Positions 10,233-20,175 of a DNA stretch of 64,000 nt are shown in pieces. The notes beneath the pieces are model-generated. The model was not told where the DNA came from. It worked only from the letters and a program-made list of their open reading frames with translations, and did no database searches. Position 1 is the first letter of the stretch, and each line of letters opens with the position of its first letter. Origin of the DNA: a virus (taxonomy: Duplodnaviria > Heunggongvirae > Uroviricota > Caudoviricetes); IMG/VR virus record IMGVR_UViG_3300029828_000006, positions 27,904 to 91,903 of that record. One strand, given 5' to 3'. The translations under genes were made by a program, and so were the position numbers.

Positions 10233-10558
10233 TATTTCTCTCCACCTTTTCCCCCATTCGCTATTACGCTTAAGAGATTCAAGACGTTACTAGCTCTGGA
10301 CTTCAAGCCCTGTAAAATTTCACTACCGTTGTTACTGGCAATCAGAACAACGCAGAAAATGATGCCTTCAGGCCATTCTTGGCTAACCGCCACCCCATAC
10401 CCCGCAAGCCCGGCTGTTACCGCAGTAAACAATTCACTCGCAAGATTGAGCAGGGACGCAGAAATGCGCCCGTCTCTAACTCCGAGAAGGAATACGCCGG
10501 TTCCACTTAGTAGGGATGTTATGACTACTACAGCCAGATTTTCATAATCTGCAAACAT
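10232..10558 (-). CDS. small multi-TM membrane protein, holin-like
   Basis: 108 aa, 3 predicted TM segments, first gene of operon; P1 lydA-like position. Confidence 0.4.
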   Translation of the reverse strand: MFADYENLAVVVITSLLSGTGVFLLGVRDGRISASLLNLASELFTAVTAGLAGYGVAVSQEWPEGIIFCVVLIASNNGSEILQGLKSRASNVLNLLSVIANGGKGGEK

Positions 10559-10634
10559 ACCCCTCCAGAAATAACATCTAATGCGCCACTAACTTAGTCA
10601 GTTTGTTATTTCCTTACAGGACATCTTCTAAAAT

Positions 10635-10660
10635 CTCCCCCCTTAACATACTAGGGGGGA
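10635..10660. promoter_or_regulatory. hairpin (C7/G7 stem) overlapping invertase ribosome-binding region
   Basis: tcccccc-ttaacatacta-gggggga ending 4 nt before invertase ATG at 10664. Confidence 0.4.
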
Positions 10661-10663
10661 CAT

Positions 10664-11224
10664 ATGCTTATTGGATACATTCGCGTATCAACTAATGACC
10701 AAAACACCGCTTTACAACGAAACGCCCTTGAAAGCGCAGGATGTGAGCTAATTTTTGAGGATAAGGCGAGCGGCAAAAAGGCTGAACGCCCAGGGTTAAA
10801 AAAGGTTCTGCGTATTATTTCCAGAGGTGACACCCTGGTCGTATGGAAGTTAGATCGTCTTGGGCGCAGCATGCGTCACTTGGTTGTGCTGGTGGAAGAG
10901 CTGCGTGACAGAGGCATTAACTTCCGAAGTCTCACTGACTCCATCGACACCAGTACACCAATGGGGCGCTTTTTCTTTCACGTAATGGGGGCGCTGGCAG
11001 AAATGGAACGTGAGCTTATCGTTGAACGTACACGCGCTGGACTTGATGCAGCTCGCGCAGAAGGTCGTATAGGTGGGCGTCGGCCTAAATACAAAGAAGA
11101 AACATGGCAGCAAATGCGGCGATTGCTGGAGAAGGGCATCCCCCGTAAGCAGGTTGCAATCATCTATGATGTGGCTGTTTCCACGCTTTATAAGAAGTTT
11201 CCGGCGTCATCATTTCAATCCTAA
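10664..11224 (+). CDS. cin: serine-recombinase DNA invertase (Cin/Gin/Pin/Hin family)
   Basis: 186 aa, MLIGYIRVSTNDQNT...VVWKLDRLGRS...GRFFFHVMGALAEMERELI; stop codon abuts left crossover site of an invertible tail-fibre segment. Confidence 0.9.
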   Translation: MLIGYIRVSTNDQNTALQRNALESAGCELIFEDKASGKKAERPGLKKVLRIISRGDTLVVWKLDRLGRSMRHLVVLVEELRDRGINFRSLTDSIDTSTPMGRFFFHVMGALAEMERELIVERTRAGLDAARAEGRIGGRRPKYKEETWQQMRRLLEKGIPRKQVAIIYDVAVSTLYKKFPASSFQS

Positions 11225-11241
11225 ACCTTGGTTTAAGAGAA
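11216..11241. promoter_or_regulatory. left crossover site (cix/gix-like, 12-2-12)
   Basis: caatcctaaacc TT ggtttaagagaa: dyad half-sites around 2-bp core; start of inverted homology with 15521-15546. Confidence 0.7.
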
Positions 11242-12873
11242 CTCGGTACCAGCGGTGAAAAGATCCCCCTGTTGAGTACGGCTAACACATGGAGTGCGCG
11301 CCAGACTTTCAACGGCGGGATCACCGGGGCGCTGACAGGGAACGCCGACACCGCGACGAAATTAAAAACAGCCATAAACATTAATGGCGTCAGATTCGAT
11401 GGTTCGGCTGACATTAATATCAATACTCTGGTATCGCGTGGTCGCGTAACGGCTCTGGGGGCGAATGCACAGGGGACATCCGGGATTCAGCTGTATGAGG
11501 CATACAACAATGGCTACCCTTCCCCCTATGGCAATGTGCTTCACCTTAAAGGTGCCACCGCTGCTGGCGAAGGTGAGTTATTCATTGGCTGGAGTGGCAC
11601 GAGTGGTGACCATGCGCCCGTACATATCCGTTCGCGGCGGGATACTGATTCTGCTAACTGGTCTGAATGGGCGCAGGTCTATACGTCAAAAGATTCCGTT
11701 CCCGGCGTTAATGCCAAAGGGAATCAGGACACCTCTGGTAATGCGGCTACAGCGACCAAGTTGCAGACAGCATGTACTATCAACGGTGTCTCGTTTGATG
11801 GTTCTAAAAATATTGAGCTAACGGCGGAAGATTTAAATCTACAGGAAACGGTAAACAAGGCTGATAACGCGGTTCAAAAGACAGGCGATACCTTGTCCGG
11901 TGGACTTACTTTTGAAAACGACTCAATCCTTGCCTGGATTCGGAATACTGACTGGGCGAAGATTGGTTTTAAAAATGATGCCGACAGCGATACTGATTCA
12001 TACATGTGGTTTGAAACAGGCGACAACGGCAATGAATATTTCAAATGGAGAAGTCGCCAGAGCACCACAACAAAAGACCTGATGAATCTTAAATGGGATG
12101 CTTTGTCTGTCCTTGTTAAAGCCCTTTTCAGCAGTGAAGTAAAAATATCGACAGTCAATGCACTAAGGATATTTAATTCATCTTTTGGTGCTATTTTTCG
12201 TCGTTCTGAAGAATGCCTGCATATCATCCCTACACGAGAGAATGAGGGGGAAAATGGTGATATAGGGCCACTACGTCCCTTTACACTTAATCTCAGAACT
12301 GGCCGTATAACTATGGGGCATGGTCTGGATGTTACAGGAGATATAACAACTAACGCCTGGGTGTATGCAAACAGGTTTGCTATTAACAGCAGTAATGGTA
12401 TGTGGATTCAGATGCGCGATAACAACGCTATCTTTGGGAAAAATATAGTTAACACTGATAGCGCCCAGGCATTGCTACGTCAGGACCATGCTGATCGCAA
12501 ATTTATGATTGGTGGTCTGGGGAATAAGCAATTTGGCATCTACATGATTAATAATTCAAGGACAGCCAATGGTACCGATGGTCAGGCGTACATGGATAAT
12601 AACGGGAACTGGCTTTGCGGCTCGCAAGTTATTCCCGGCAACTATGGCAATTTTGACTCCAGATATGTGAAAGATGTTCGACTTGGTTCACAGCAATATT
12701 ATGGAGTGAACAACTGGCAAACATGGAATTTCCAGTGCCCTTCAGGTCATGTATTGTCTGGTATTAATGTTCAGGATACAGGTTCCAACTCTGCCGATAA
12801 TATAGCGGGCGTTTATTACAGGCCCGTTCAAAAGTTTATAAATGGCACCTGGTATAATGTAGCGAGCGTTTAA
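11230..12873 (+). CDS. promoterless alternative tail-fibre C-terminal cassette (Sv')
   Basis: Reading frame open from the crossover site; N-terminal ~60 aa identical to residues ~485-545 of the expressed fibre; would fuse to constant part after inversion. Confidence 0.75.
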   Translation, partial: GLRELGTSGEKIPLLSTANTWSARQTFNGGITGALTGNADTATKLKTAININGVRFDGSADININTLVSRGRVTALGANAQGTSGIQLYEAYNNGYPSPYGNVLHLKGATAAGEGELFIGWSGTSGDHAPVHIRSRRDTDSANWSEWAQVYTSKDSVPGVNAKGNQDTSGNAATATKLQTACTINGVSFDGSKNIELTAEDLNLQETVNKADNAVQKTGDTLSGGLTFENDSILAWIRNTDWAKIGFKNDADSDTDSYMWFETGDNGNEYFKWRSRQSTTTKDLMNLKWDALSVLVKALFSSEVKISTVNALRIFNSSFGAIFRRSEECLHIIPTRENEGENGDIGPLRPFTLNLRTGRITMGHGLDVTGDITTNAWVYANRFAINSSNGMWIQMRDNNAIFGKNIVNTDSAQALLRQDHADRKFMIGGLGNKQFGIYMINNSRTANGTDGQAYMDNNGNWLCGSQVIPGNYGNFDSRYVKDVRLGSQQYYGVNNWQTWNFQCPSGHVLSGINVQDTGSNSADNIAGVYYRPVQKFINGTWYNVASV

Positions 12874-12874
12874 C

Positions 12875-13402
12875 ATGATGCACTTAAAGAACATAAAAGC
12901 GGGTAACGCTAAAACACTGGAACAGTATGAGTTAACAAAGAAACACGGAGTTATCTGGCTTTACTCTGAGGACGGAAAAAACTGGTATGAGGAAGTGAAA
13001 AACTTTCAGCCAGACACAATAAAGATTGTTTACGATGCAAATAATATTATTGTCGCCATCACTAAAGATGCCTCCACGCTTAACCCTGAAGGTTTTAGCG
13101 TCGTTGAGGTTCCTGATATTACAGCTAATCGTCGTGCTGATGATTCCGGTAAGTGGATGTTTAGGGACGGAGCTGTGGTTAAACGGATTTATACGGCAGA
13201 CGAGCAACAACAACAGGCCGAATCACAAAAGGCCGCGTTACTTTCCGAAGCAGAAAACGTTATTCAGCCACTGGAACGCGCTGTCAGGCTGAATATGGCG
13301 ACGGATGAGGAACGCGCACGACTGGAGTCATGGGAACGCTATAGTGTTCTGGTCAGCCGTGTGGATACGGCAAATCCTGAATGGCCACAAAAACCAGAGT
13401 AA
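12875..13402 (+). CDS. tail-fibre assembly protein, alternative copy (U')
   Basis: 175 aa, [11 protein letters not shown]...[14 protein letters not shown], paralog of 13431..13964. Confidence 0.8.
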   Translation: MMHLKNIKAGNAKTLEQYELTKKHGVIWLYSEDGKNWYEEVKNFQPDTIKIVYDANNIIVAITKDASTLNPEGFSVVEVPDITANRRADDSGKWMFRDGAVVKRIYTADEQQQQAESQKAALLSEAENVIQPLERAVRLNMATDEERARLESWERYSVLVSRVDTANPEWPQKPE

Positions 13403-13407
13403 AAATT

Positions 13408-13427
13408 AAGGCCCGATATCGGGCCTT
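13408..13427. terminator. bidirectional terminator hairpin at centre of invertible segment
   Basis: aaggcccgatatcgggcctt between convergent tfa genes. Confidence 0.55.
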
Positions 13428-13430
13428 CTC

Positions 13431-13964
13431 TCATTCTGGTTGTTCGGGAAACGTTACTGGCAGGCTGGAGGTGTCTGTAGATTCGACTTTCTGCGCAAAG
13501 AGCATCCACTCTGTTAATTTTTGTTTATTCTCGTCGGAAATGATGCCCAGCCGTAGCTGTGAGTCCCATAGCTGGGTTTTATCCCTGACGAGCTGTAGCA
13601 GGCTTTGCTTTTCATTTTCCGCCTGCTGCCTCTGCTCTTCCTCGGTATAAGTTCGCTTTACCACTACGCCATCTTTGAACATCCATTTACCCGAAATGTC
13701 AGCACGGCGATTTGCTGTAATATCAGGAACCTCAACGACGCTTGCGCCTTCTGGATTAATTGCTGAAACATCCTTTTCAATACAAATAATAACGCCGTTG
13801 TGGTCATAGACCATTTTCAACGTATCAGTCTGGAAATTCTTTTGTTCCTCATACCAGTTTTTTCCATCCTCTGTATAAAGCCATTTGATGTTAAATTGTT
13901 TCGTTAGCTGGTATTGCTCTTTTGTTTTAGGGTTGCCAGCAGTAATATTTTTTAAGTGCATCAT
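13431..13964 (-). CDS. tail-fibre assembly protein (U), currently expressed orientation
   Basis: 177 aa, MMHLKNITAGN... family; immediately downstream of fibre gene. Confidence 0.8.
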   Translation of the reverse strand: MMHLKNITAGNPKTKEQYQLTKQFNIKWLYTEDGKNWYEEQKNFQTDTLKMVYDHNGVIICIEKDVSAINPEGASVVEVPDITANRRADISGKWMFKDGVVVKRTYTEEEQRQQAENEKQSLLQLVRDKTQLWDSQLRLGIISDENKQKLTEWMLFAQKVESTDTSSLPVTFPEQPE

Positions 13965-13966
13965 AA

Positions 13967-16900
13967 TTAAATACTCCCCGCGTTATACCACGTTCCATTA
14001 ATGCAATACTGAATTGGCCTTGCCTGAGTTGTATCAATTAATTCATCACGGTTTCCGTTAACTGAACCAGTAACGACATAACCTGACCTGTCAGACCAGC
14101 CGGGACCATTCCATGTCTGAACAGATGACAGACCGCCAAGGCGAATACCTGTAATAAACCTTGAGTTACATTCTGCCTGCGTATATGCACCAACATCTCT
14201 CGCAGAGGGTTTGCGGGTTGTGGTGTAAAACTCTGACCAGTCAGCTTCAAAGCCATAACCATCACGCGCTGAACGATAAAAGATTCCGCCATTTCTGTAA
14301 TTCACGCGGAACTGTACAGCAGGGCAGCTCCCCGTATTCATATTGAAGTGGAGGATTAATGTCGATGCGCCACCAATATTTGCGTTATAGACCCCGCTAT
14401 TCCAGTTCCAGCCAACAGCTTTATCATTTCCGACAGTGCTTCCTGTTTGCCCTAAAGCAAATGCAGGCTGCTGGTTTTTCGTGTTGTAGTCTCGTCGCCA
14501 GCCAGGAGCATAAGCATCACCATGATTAATATAGGTGAATTGAGCGTTAGTAATTCCGCCGCCGCTGGACGTACTCGGCGTAGTAACGCGTATGGTCATT
14601 GCGCCGCGAGTGCCAATAACTTCCACCACAGCACCTGCAAGACAAATATTTCCGCAACCTGTATCTGTAATGACCTTATTATTTGCATAAGCCCATGAGC
14701 CTTTGCACATCCAGTAAGGATGGTTAAATGCTCCCTGACTCTCCAGCCACGAAATAAATTGCGCGGTTGTCCAGACCTGACTATCGCCACCAATATTCAG
14801 CCATGAGCTATATGCGCGGCAGGCACCAATATTTTTGGTGAAGGTATCTTTTCCTGGAATATCTGCGCCGTTCTGGTTTTTCTGCAATGATCCAGCGGCT
14901 AATTCTACGGTTTGCTCAAGATTTAAATCTTCCGCCGTTAACTCAATATTTTTAGAACCATCAAACGAGACACCGTTAATAGTACATGCTGTCTGCAATT
15001 TAGTCGCTGTAGCCGCATTACCAGAGGTATCCTGATCCCCTTTAGCATTGACGCCGGGAACGGAATCTTTTGACGTATAGATCTGCGCCCATTCGGACCA
15101 TGCCGCAGCAGTGCTATCTCTTTTGGATCGAATGAAAGCAGGTGCATGAGCGCCATTTGTGCCACTCCAGCCAATGAGCAACTCGCCTTCACCAGTGGAT
15201 GCTGCTCCCTTCAGGTGAAGTACATTCCCGTAAGTCGTTGGATAACCATTGTTGTATGCCTCATACATCTGCAATCCAGTAGCAGCACCTTGCGTTGTAC
15301 CGGTAAGCGCAGTAACGCGTCCTCTAGACGTAATTGTTGGTATCGAAATGTTCGTAGAACCATCGAACCTGACGCCATTAATGTTTATGGCTGTTTTTAA
15401 TTTCGTAGCGGTGTCGGCGTTCCCTGTCAGCGCCCCGGTGATCCCGCCGTTGAAAGTCTGGCGCGCACTCCATGTGTTAGCCGTACTCAACAGGGGGATC
15501 TTTTCACCGCTGGTACCGAGTTCTCTTAAACCAAGGTATTGGATAACGGCTAGTGTGCTTGTTTTAGCCAGAATATCGCGACCGACTGACGTTAAATCAG
15601 TCTGCGCTACCGTATCCTTACCGGTGAAATAAGGCAGTTTGTTTGCACCAGTCGCAAGGGCAGCAAGAGCGGTTAAAGTTGCATCAAGTGGCTGTTTCCC
15701 TGCCAGCGCATTTGTCATGGTTGTCGCAAAGTTCGGGTCATTGCCCAATGCTGCTGCAAGCTCATTCAGGGTATCAAGAGCTTCAGGTGATGAGCCGACC
15801 AATGCAGAGATAGCAGCCCGTACGTAAGCAGTCGTAGCGATCTGCGTATTGTTTGTGCCCTGTGCGGCGGTCGGCGCAGTAGGGACACCCGTTAATGCAG
15901 GGCTTGCCAAAGGCGCTTTGAGAGCCAGGGCATTGTTGATAGTTGTGCTGAAATTCGGGTCGTTATTGATCGCAGCCGCTATTTCTTTCAACGTATCCAA
16001 TGTGCTAGGCGCACCGTTGATAAGTGTCGTTATAGCTGCCTTAACAAAGGCTGTATTTGCAATCTGCGTGCTATTTGTGCCTTGTGAGGCCGTAGGCGCT
16101 GTCGGTGTACCTGTAAACGCCGGGCTTGCCAAAGGAGCTTTAAGAGCCAGTGCGTTATTGATAGTTTCGCTGAACTTTGGGTCGTTATTGATGGCTGCTG
16201 CAATTTCTTTCAGCGTGTCCATCGTTCCCGGAGCACCATTGATAAGCGCATTTATAGCAGCATAGACAAAGGCCGCATTTGCGATCTGTGTGTTGTTTGT
16301 ACCGGGTTCAGGTGTTGGCGAAGTCGGCGTACCTGACAGATGCGGACTATCGAGCGGAGCTTTTGTATCAACCAAATCATGGAGAGTTTTGACAGCCAGA
16401 GGTGTAGCCGCTTTTCTTTCTTCTGTACTGCTTATTTCATTAGAGAATTCGACACCAACAGCACGGTTAACCCGGTATTTAAGCACAATCATTTCTTTAG
16501 TCACAGCCGTTGCGCCGCTAGGCACGATAACTCGACATAATTCAATTTGATTCTGCCCAATAGTATTGTCCGTACGCGCGTAAATTCTTGCAGCACTGAC
16601 AGAAGATGCGCTATCTACCTGTGTCGTTTTTACACCATGTTCAAAATTGGCTTCCAGCACAATAATGTTTGTAGCCCCAGCCTTTACCGAGACAGTCACA
16701 TCTTCTATTTGCTGAACGGATATCTGAACATTATTTACATCTACTGAAGCAGCCCCTTTACCTTCTGAGTTTTCAGAAGTTACACGGACGCTCAACCCTG
16801 TGCCGGGAACTGGTTCAAATCCACAGTAAAAGCCAGGCAAAACAATATTTTTAAGTTTTCTGTTAAGAGCCGAACTACTATAGAGTTCGAAATATTGAAC

Positions 16901-16975
16901 ATCAGCAAGCAACGGCTGTGAAACACCAGAGGATAGTGTCATTATGTTGTTCGTTTTATCAGCCCCCATAATCAA
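13967..16975 (-). CDS. tail fibre protein (S-like): constant N-terminal part plus currently linked variable C-terminal part
   Basis: 1002 aa; three tandem ~74-aa fibre repeats; crossover falls at residue ~482. Confidence 0.85.
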   Translation of the reverse strand: MIMGADKTNNIMTLSSGVSQPLLADVQYFELYSSSALNRKLKNIVLPGFYCGFEPVPGTGLSVRVTSENSEGKGAASVDVNNVQISVQQIEDVTVSVKAGATNIIVLEANFEHGVKTTQVDSASSVSAARIYARTDNTIGQNQIELCRVIVPSGATAVTKEMIVLKYRVNRAVGVEFSNEISSTEERKAATPLAVKTLHDLVDTKAPLDSPHLSGTPTSPTPEPGTNNTQIANAAFVYAAINALINGAPGTMDTLKEIAAAINNDPKFSETINNALALKAPLASPAFTGTPTAPTASQGTNSTQIANTAFVKAAITTLINGAPSTLDTLKEIAAAINNDPNFSTTINNALALKAPLASPALTGVPTAPTAAQGTNNTQIATTAYVRAAISALVGSSPEALDTLNELAAALGNDPNFATTMTNALAGKQPLDATLTALAALATGANKLPYFTGKDTVAQTDLTSVGRDILAKTSTLAVIQYLGLRELGTSGEKIPLLSTANTWSARQTFNGGITGALTGNADTATKLKTAININGVRFDGSTNISIPTITSRGRVTALTGTTQGAATGLQMYEAYNNGYPTTYGNVLHLKGAASTGEGELLIGWSGTNGAHAPAFIRSKRDSTAAAWSEWAQIYTSKDSVPGVNAKGDQDTSGNAATATKLQTACTINGVSFDGSKNIELTAEDLNLEQTVELAAGSLQKNQNGADIPGKDTFTKNIGACRAYSSWLNIGGDSQVWTTAQFISWLESQGAFNHPYWMCKGSWAYANNKVITDTGCGNICLAGAVVEVIGTRGAMTIRVTTPSTSSGGGITNAQFTYINHGDAYAPGWRRDYNTKNQQPAFALGQTGSTVGNDKAVGWNWNSGVYNANIGGASTLILHFNMNTGSCPAVQFRVNYRNGGIFYRSARDGYGFEADWSEFYTTTRKPSARDVGAYTQAECNSRFITGIRLGGLSSVQTWNGPGWSDRSGYVVTGSVNGNRDELIDTTQARPIQYCINGTWYNAGSI
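15521..15546. promoter_or_regulatory. right crossover site (cix/gix-like)
   Basis: ttctcttaaacc AA ggtattggataa; closely matches Hin hixL TTCTTGAAAACC AA GGTTTTTGATAA (recalled from memory). Confidence 0.75.
15688..16363. repeat. ~222-bp tandem direct repeats (3 copies) inside tail-fibre gene
   Basis: Encode repeated IANAAFV..INGAP..LDTLKEIAAAINNDP..ALKAPLASPA units (residues ~205-430). Confidence 0.7.
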
Positions 16976-17418
16976 CCCTCAACTTGCTCGATTGTCATGA
17001 GAATACTGTAACGTTTACCTTTATAGAGGGTATCTTGCTGGGTGCAAAGCACACCAAAAGCCTGTTCCTCAGCATCAACAAGCACAAGCGTGTTAAAGTC
17101 GTAAGGCGTGTTATCCGGCATTCTTTCTTGAGGGAAGGCTGCATTGATAGTGATAATCCCATCCACACTGGACAATATCAGATCGGACACTGCAAACTGT
17201 TGAGCATCACTCAATTTAAAATCGAGTGGAATGTCAGCTATATTCCAGCCTCCTGCACCATTAGCAGTTACCAGACTAGATTTGCACCAATACGCCTTAG
17301 AGATAACAAAACGCGCACCTTTGCCGATCGCCGACTCAGCGCGGCGTGAATAATAGTAGGAAAGCAATTGCGCCTTATACAGGCGGTTACCATCTCTTGC
17401 CTTTAAATTTTCAGCCAT
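16972..17418 (-). CDS. tail protein (P1 R-position)
   Basis: 148 aa, overlaps fibre start by 4 bp. Confidence 0.35.
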   Translation of the reverse strand: MAENLKARDGNRLYKAQLLSYYYSRRAESAIGKGARFVISKAYWCKSSLVTANGAGGWNIADIPLDFKLSDAQQFAVSDLILSSVDGIITINAAFPQERMPDNTPYDFNTLVLVDAEEQAFGVLCTQQDTLYKGKRYSILMTIEQVEG

Positions 17419-17512
17419 ACGAACATAGCCCCTTCATAAGCAATGAACCAAAGGAGAGTATGCTCAGTTTGTGATTTCCGTTGTTCTTCCCCCAAATGCG
17501 GGGGAAGAATTA

Positions 17513-18358
17513 TTAAACAGGTTGAAGGTGGTAATCCAAAGGCCACGCATCGAGTGGGGTTACATCAAGATGTAATTGCTTTTCTGCCGTTCGGTTCGGT
17601 ATGGCGTTAAGAGAAATATTGTCTACCTGGCAGGAGATATCACTACGGGATAGCATATCAGCCATACTCTCAGTAACATAAACACCTTCAATTACCGAAA
17701 CATCCGTAGACAAGCAATTTAGTATTTCTGCCACTTCAGGGAATACAGCACTAAGCCGAAACGAGACGCCATCAAAAACAATATGCAATGGCAACAAAGG
17801 GGCTATTACTGTTTCGAAGTCAGATAACAATTTCTGCACAGCGGCTTCTTTATCCTGCTCTCCATATGAGCGATATAGCTTGTTCTGATCAACAACGACC
17901 AGCCCCCTTGATGTCAGGAAGAACTCACCGAATTGAGCCTGTGCCGTAGGTATTTCTATTTCGGTCGCAAAATATGAACCATAGGGGTGTTTTTCTATAT
18001 TTACAGGTGCATACAGCGGTTCCCAGCTAACAGGAATACAACCGAATTCACGCCAGAATGTCTGCTCAATAGGCAAGATAGTGCCTTTAAAGTGCACTTC
18101 ATCTAAACGTTGTGCCAGTAGCATTGGCCTACGGGCCTTATCTTTTTCAGTGATGACGAAAAAACGCCCGTATTCAGCAATGCGGGCATCCATATCCTCA
18201 CTGTCCATAGTGAAGAAGGATTTTCTGTTACTTATTCTTGTTAATATTGGTTCTACTGCCTCATTCCAGACATCCTGTAAAGCGTCGATAAAGGCACTCC
18301 AGAGATGTGAATCCTGTTTTACTTTAGTTAATCGTTCCTTAAGCCAATTATCTTTCAT
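17513..18358 (-). CDS. baseplate/tail protein (P1 gp16-position)
   Basis: 281 aa; gene order relative to fibre. Confidence 0.4.
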   Translation of the reverse strand: MKDNWLKERLTKVKQDSHLWSAFIDALQDVWNEAVEPILTRISNRKSFFTMDSEDMDARIAEYGRFFVITEKDKARRPMLLAQRLDEVHFKGTILPIEQTFWREFGCIPVSWEPLYAPVNIEKHPYGSYFATEIEIPTAQAQFGEFFLTSRGLVVVDQNKLYRSYGEQDKEAAVQKLLSDFETVIAPLLPLHIVFDGVSFRLSAVFPEVAEILNCLSTDVSVIEGVYVTESMADMLSRSDISCQVDNISLNAIPNRTAEKQLHLDVTPLDAWPLDYHLQPV

Positions 18359-18368
18359 GCCAACCTCA

Positions 18369-19799
18369 TTACGGGTAAGAAATGCTGAACGTTGAAGATT
18401 TCACGTCAAGATAAATGAAGTCATTAAAGTAAACAGCATCTTTCATATTTTGTATTGTTATGTCGTAAGACAGAAACATATCCAGAGACTCTATTACTCG
18501 CCAAATATCTTTAACTTTTACCTGTGCATAACATTGCTGGGAATCATCATCACTCTGTAGTAATAAACTGAATGATGAAGAATCACGGCCAAAATTATCT
18601 TCCAACGCTGCTTTAATAGTATTTTGAGCATCGTCTATCAGAACATTTTTACGTGCAATACCTATAAAATTTATAGTAAATGGCTGTTCATTTGTATCTA
18701 CATACTCGAACCGCTTGTTCAACTCATTTGGAACATTCTCTAGAGCTTTCAGTATTTCTGATTTTAGCTGAGCCTGGCTTACACCCGGTTTATGTCCGCA
18801 AAAGAAAATTTTGTTGATGTTTCGAACGTCAAACCCAGTTATTTTCTCTTGTAACGCTTCGCCCCAAACGTTCAACCATGAAGTTCCATGAACAACATTC
18901 TGAATGAATTGGCGATAATCACCGCCCCATACCACTTGTTCATCGTATGCAACATAATACTGAGCACGATTTCGAGTTTCTTCTGTAGTTTCCATACCAC
19001 TACCACCGGTAATGATCGAATCAGTTTTAAACTCTAGTGACTCCACATATTGAGCGATATTTCCAGCCGGTTCTAACTTTTGTCCTTCAGCCAAAGTATA
19101 GTCGCCAAGGCTAGCCATAACATCGATTCGAACCTGACAGCCTGCTGGAGGCATCATACCCATAGAACCATCACCAAACTTGACTCCAAGTTGTTCTGTA
19201 GGTTTATATGCCAATGAATAGTGTTTACTCTTGTCTCTGGACATTCTAAATAATGGGTTATATGTCCATTTTTCTTCTACGCCATCTGTAATAACATAAA
19301 CATCCAGGCTAGAGACTTCTTTTGTTAACTCTCTGGAAAGCAACAATGTCAGAAATAAAGTTTCCTTCTCAATATCAAATGTAACGCTAACGGCTTCATG
19401 CTGTTTAGTTTCTACGCCAGAAACAGTTCCTCCAGCAGGAATTACAACACTGTTAATAATTGCCAAAGGTGTTTGGTCATTGGCAAGCAATTCAGCCCCG
19501 GCTGGTAACGTAATATCCCGATCAGTTTTATTGGTTATAGACGTTGTTCCGTATGAAGCACTAACAAATCGCCCTACGTAGCTACGGTCTTCAGCAACCG
19601 CTAAAATACTTGAGCGGCGCGTAGCCGTTGAAATAAGTCCCTCAGTGAGGCCGCGGCTTGCAAATGTACGGGCAATATAAATAAGCTGTGATCCGAATAT
19701 AGCGTGCATCTGCACAAACTGACTATTTACAAATCGTGACCACCATGTGTTTTCATTTAACTTAGCGTTAAATTTGTCCAGTAATTCTGTAATCGTCAC
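18369..19799 (-). CDS. baseplate J-like protein (P1 BplA-position)
   Basis: 476 aa; follows gp25/W-like gene and precedes fibre genes as in contractile-tail baseplate modules. Confidence 0.45.
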   Translation of the reverse strand: MTITELLDKFNAKLNENTWWSRFVNSQFVQMHAIFGSQLIYIARTFASRGLTEGLISTATRRSSILAVAEDRSYVGRFVSASYGTTSITNKTDRDITLPAGAELLANDQTPLAIINSVVIPAGGTVSGVETKQHEAVSVTFDIEKETLFLTLLLSRELTKEVSSLDVYVITDGVEEKWTYNPLFRMSRDKSKHYSLAYKPTEQLGVKFGDGSMGMMPPAGCQVRIDVMASLGDYTLAEGQKLEPAGNIAQYVESLEFKTDSIITGGSGMETTEETRNRAQYYVAYDEQVVWGGDYRQFIQNVVHGTSWLNVWGEALQEKITGFDVRNINKIFFCGHKPGVSQAQLKSEILKALENVPNELNKRFEYVDTNEQPFTINFIGIARKNVLIDDAQNTIKAALEDNFGRDSSSFSLLLQSDDDSQQCYAQVKVKDIWRVIESLDMFLSYDITIQNMKDAVYFNDFIYLDVKSSTFSISYP

Positions 19800-20170
19800 G
19801 CGCCCACCCCACTTGATTTCTGCATAACAATATCCATGCTCCCACCTTTCGCATAAAAACTAATTAATAAAGAATCTTCAGAAATTGATGTGCAACGAAT
19901 CCCCTGCACATCCAAACCTGGCAAATCTTGTCGTAGTTTTTTCATCATTCTCCCTTCAATAGCCACTTCAACTATGTGCGAAGTTTCAGAGCCGAATGGT
20001 TCATGCTTAAATTCTTCCATTGGATTCCCCCATGAGGGTAAACCATAAACACTCCCTTCAGGGGTTCGTAACCACTCGTCAAGTCGGGCCATCCATGCTG
20101 CGGTACTTCCTTCTGCAATAATGACACCGCTCTCATTCGTTTGAAGTCTTGCGTCTATTTCATAAAGCAT
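19796..20170 (-). CDS. baseplate wedge protein, gp25/W-like
   Basis: 124 aa; size and position typical of GPW/gp25 family; weak motif match. Confidence 0.4.
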   Translation of the reverse strand: MLYEIDARLQTNESGVIIAEGSTAAWMARLDEWLRTPEGSVYGLPSWGNPMEEFKHEPFGSETSHIVEVAIEGRMMKKLRQDLPGLDVQGIRCTSISEDSLLISFYAKGGSMDIVMQKSSGVGA

Positions 20171-20175
20171 CTGTA

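Larger units (their letters stand above)
11228..15534. other. invertible tail-fibre segment (~4.3 kb, P1 C-segment-like) with ~0.6 kb mosaic inverted repeats at both ends
   Basis: 11225-11400 is near-perfect reverse complement of 15360-15535; second identical block 11650-11840 vs 14900-15090; contains Sv', U', U and Sv cassettes. Confidence 0.8.
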
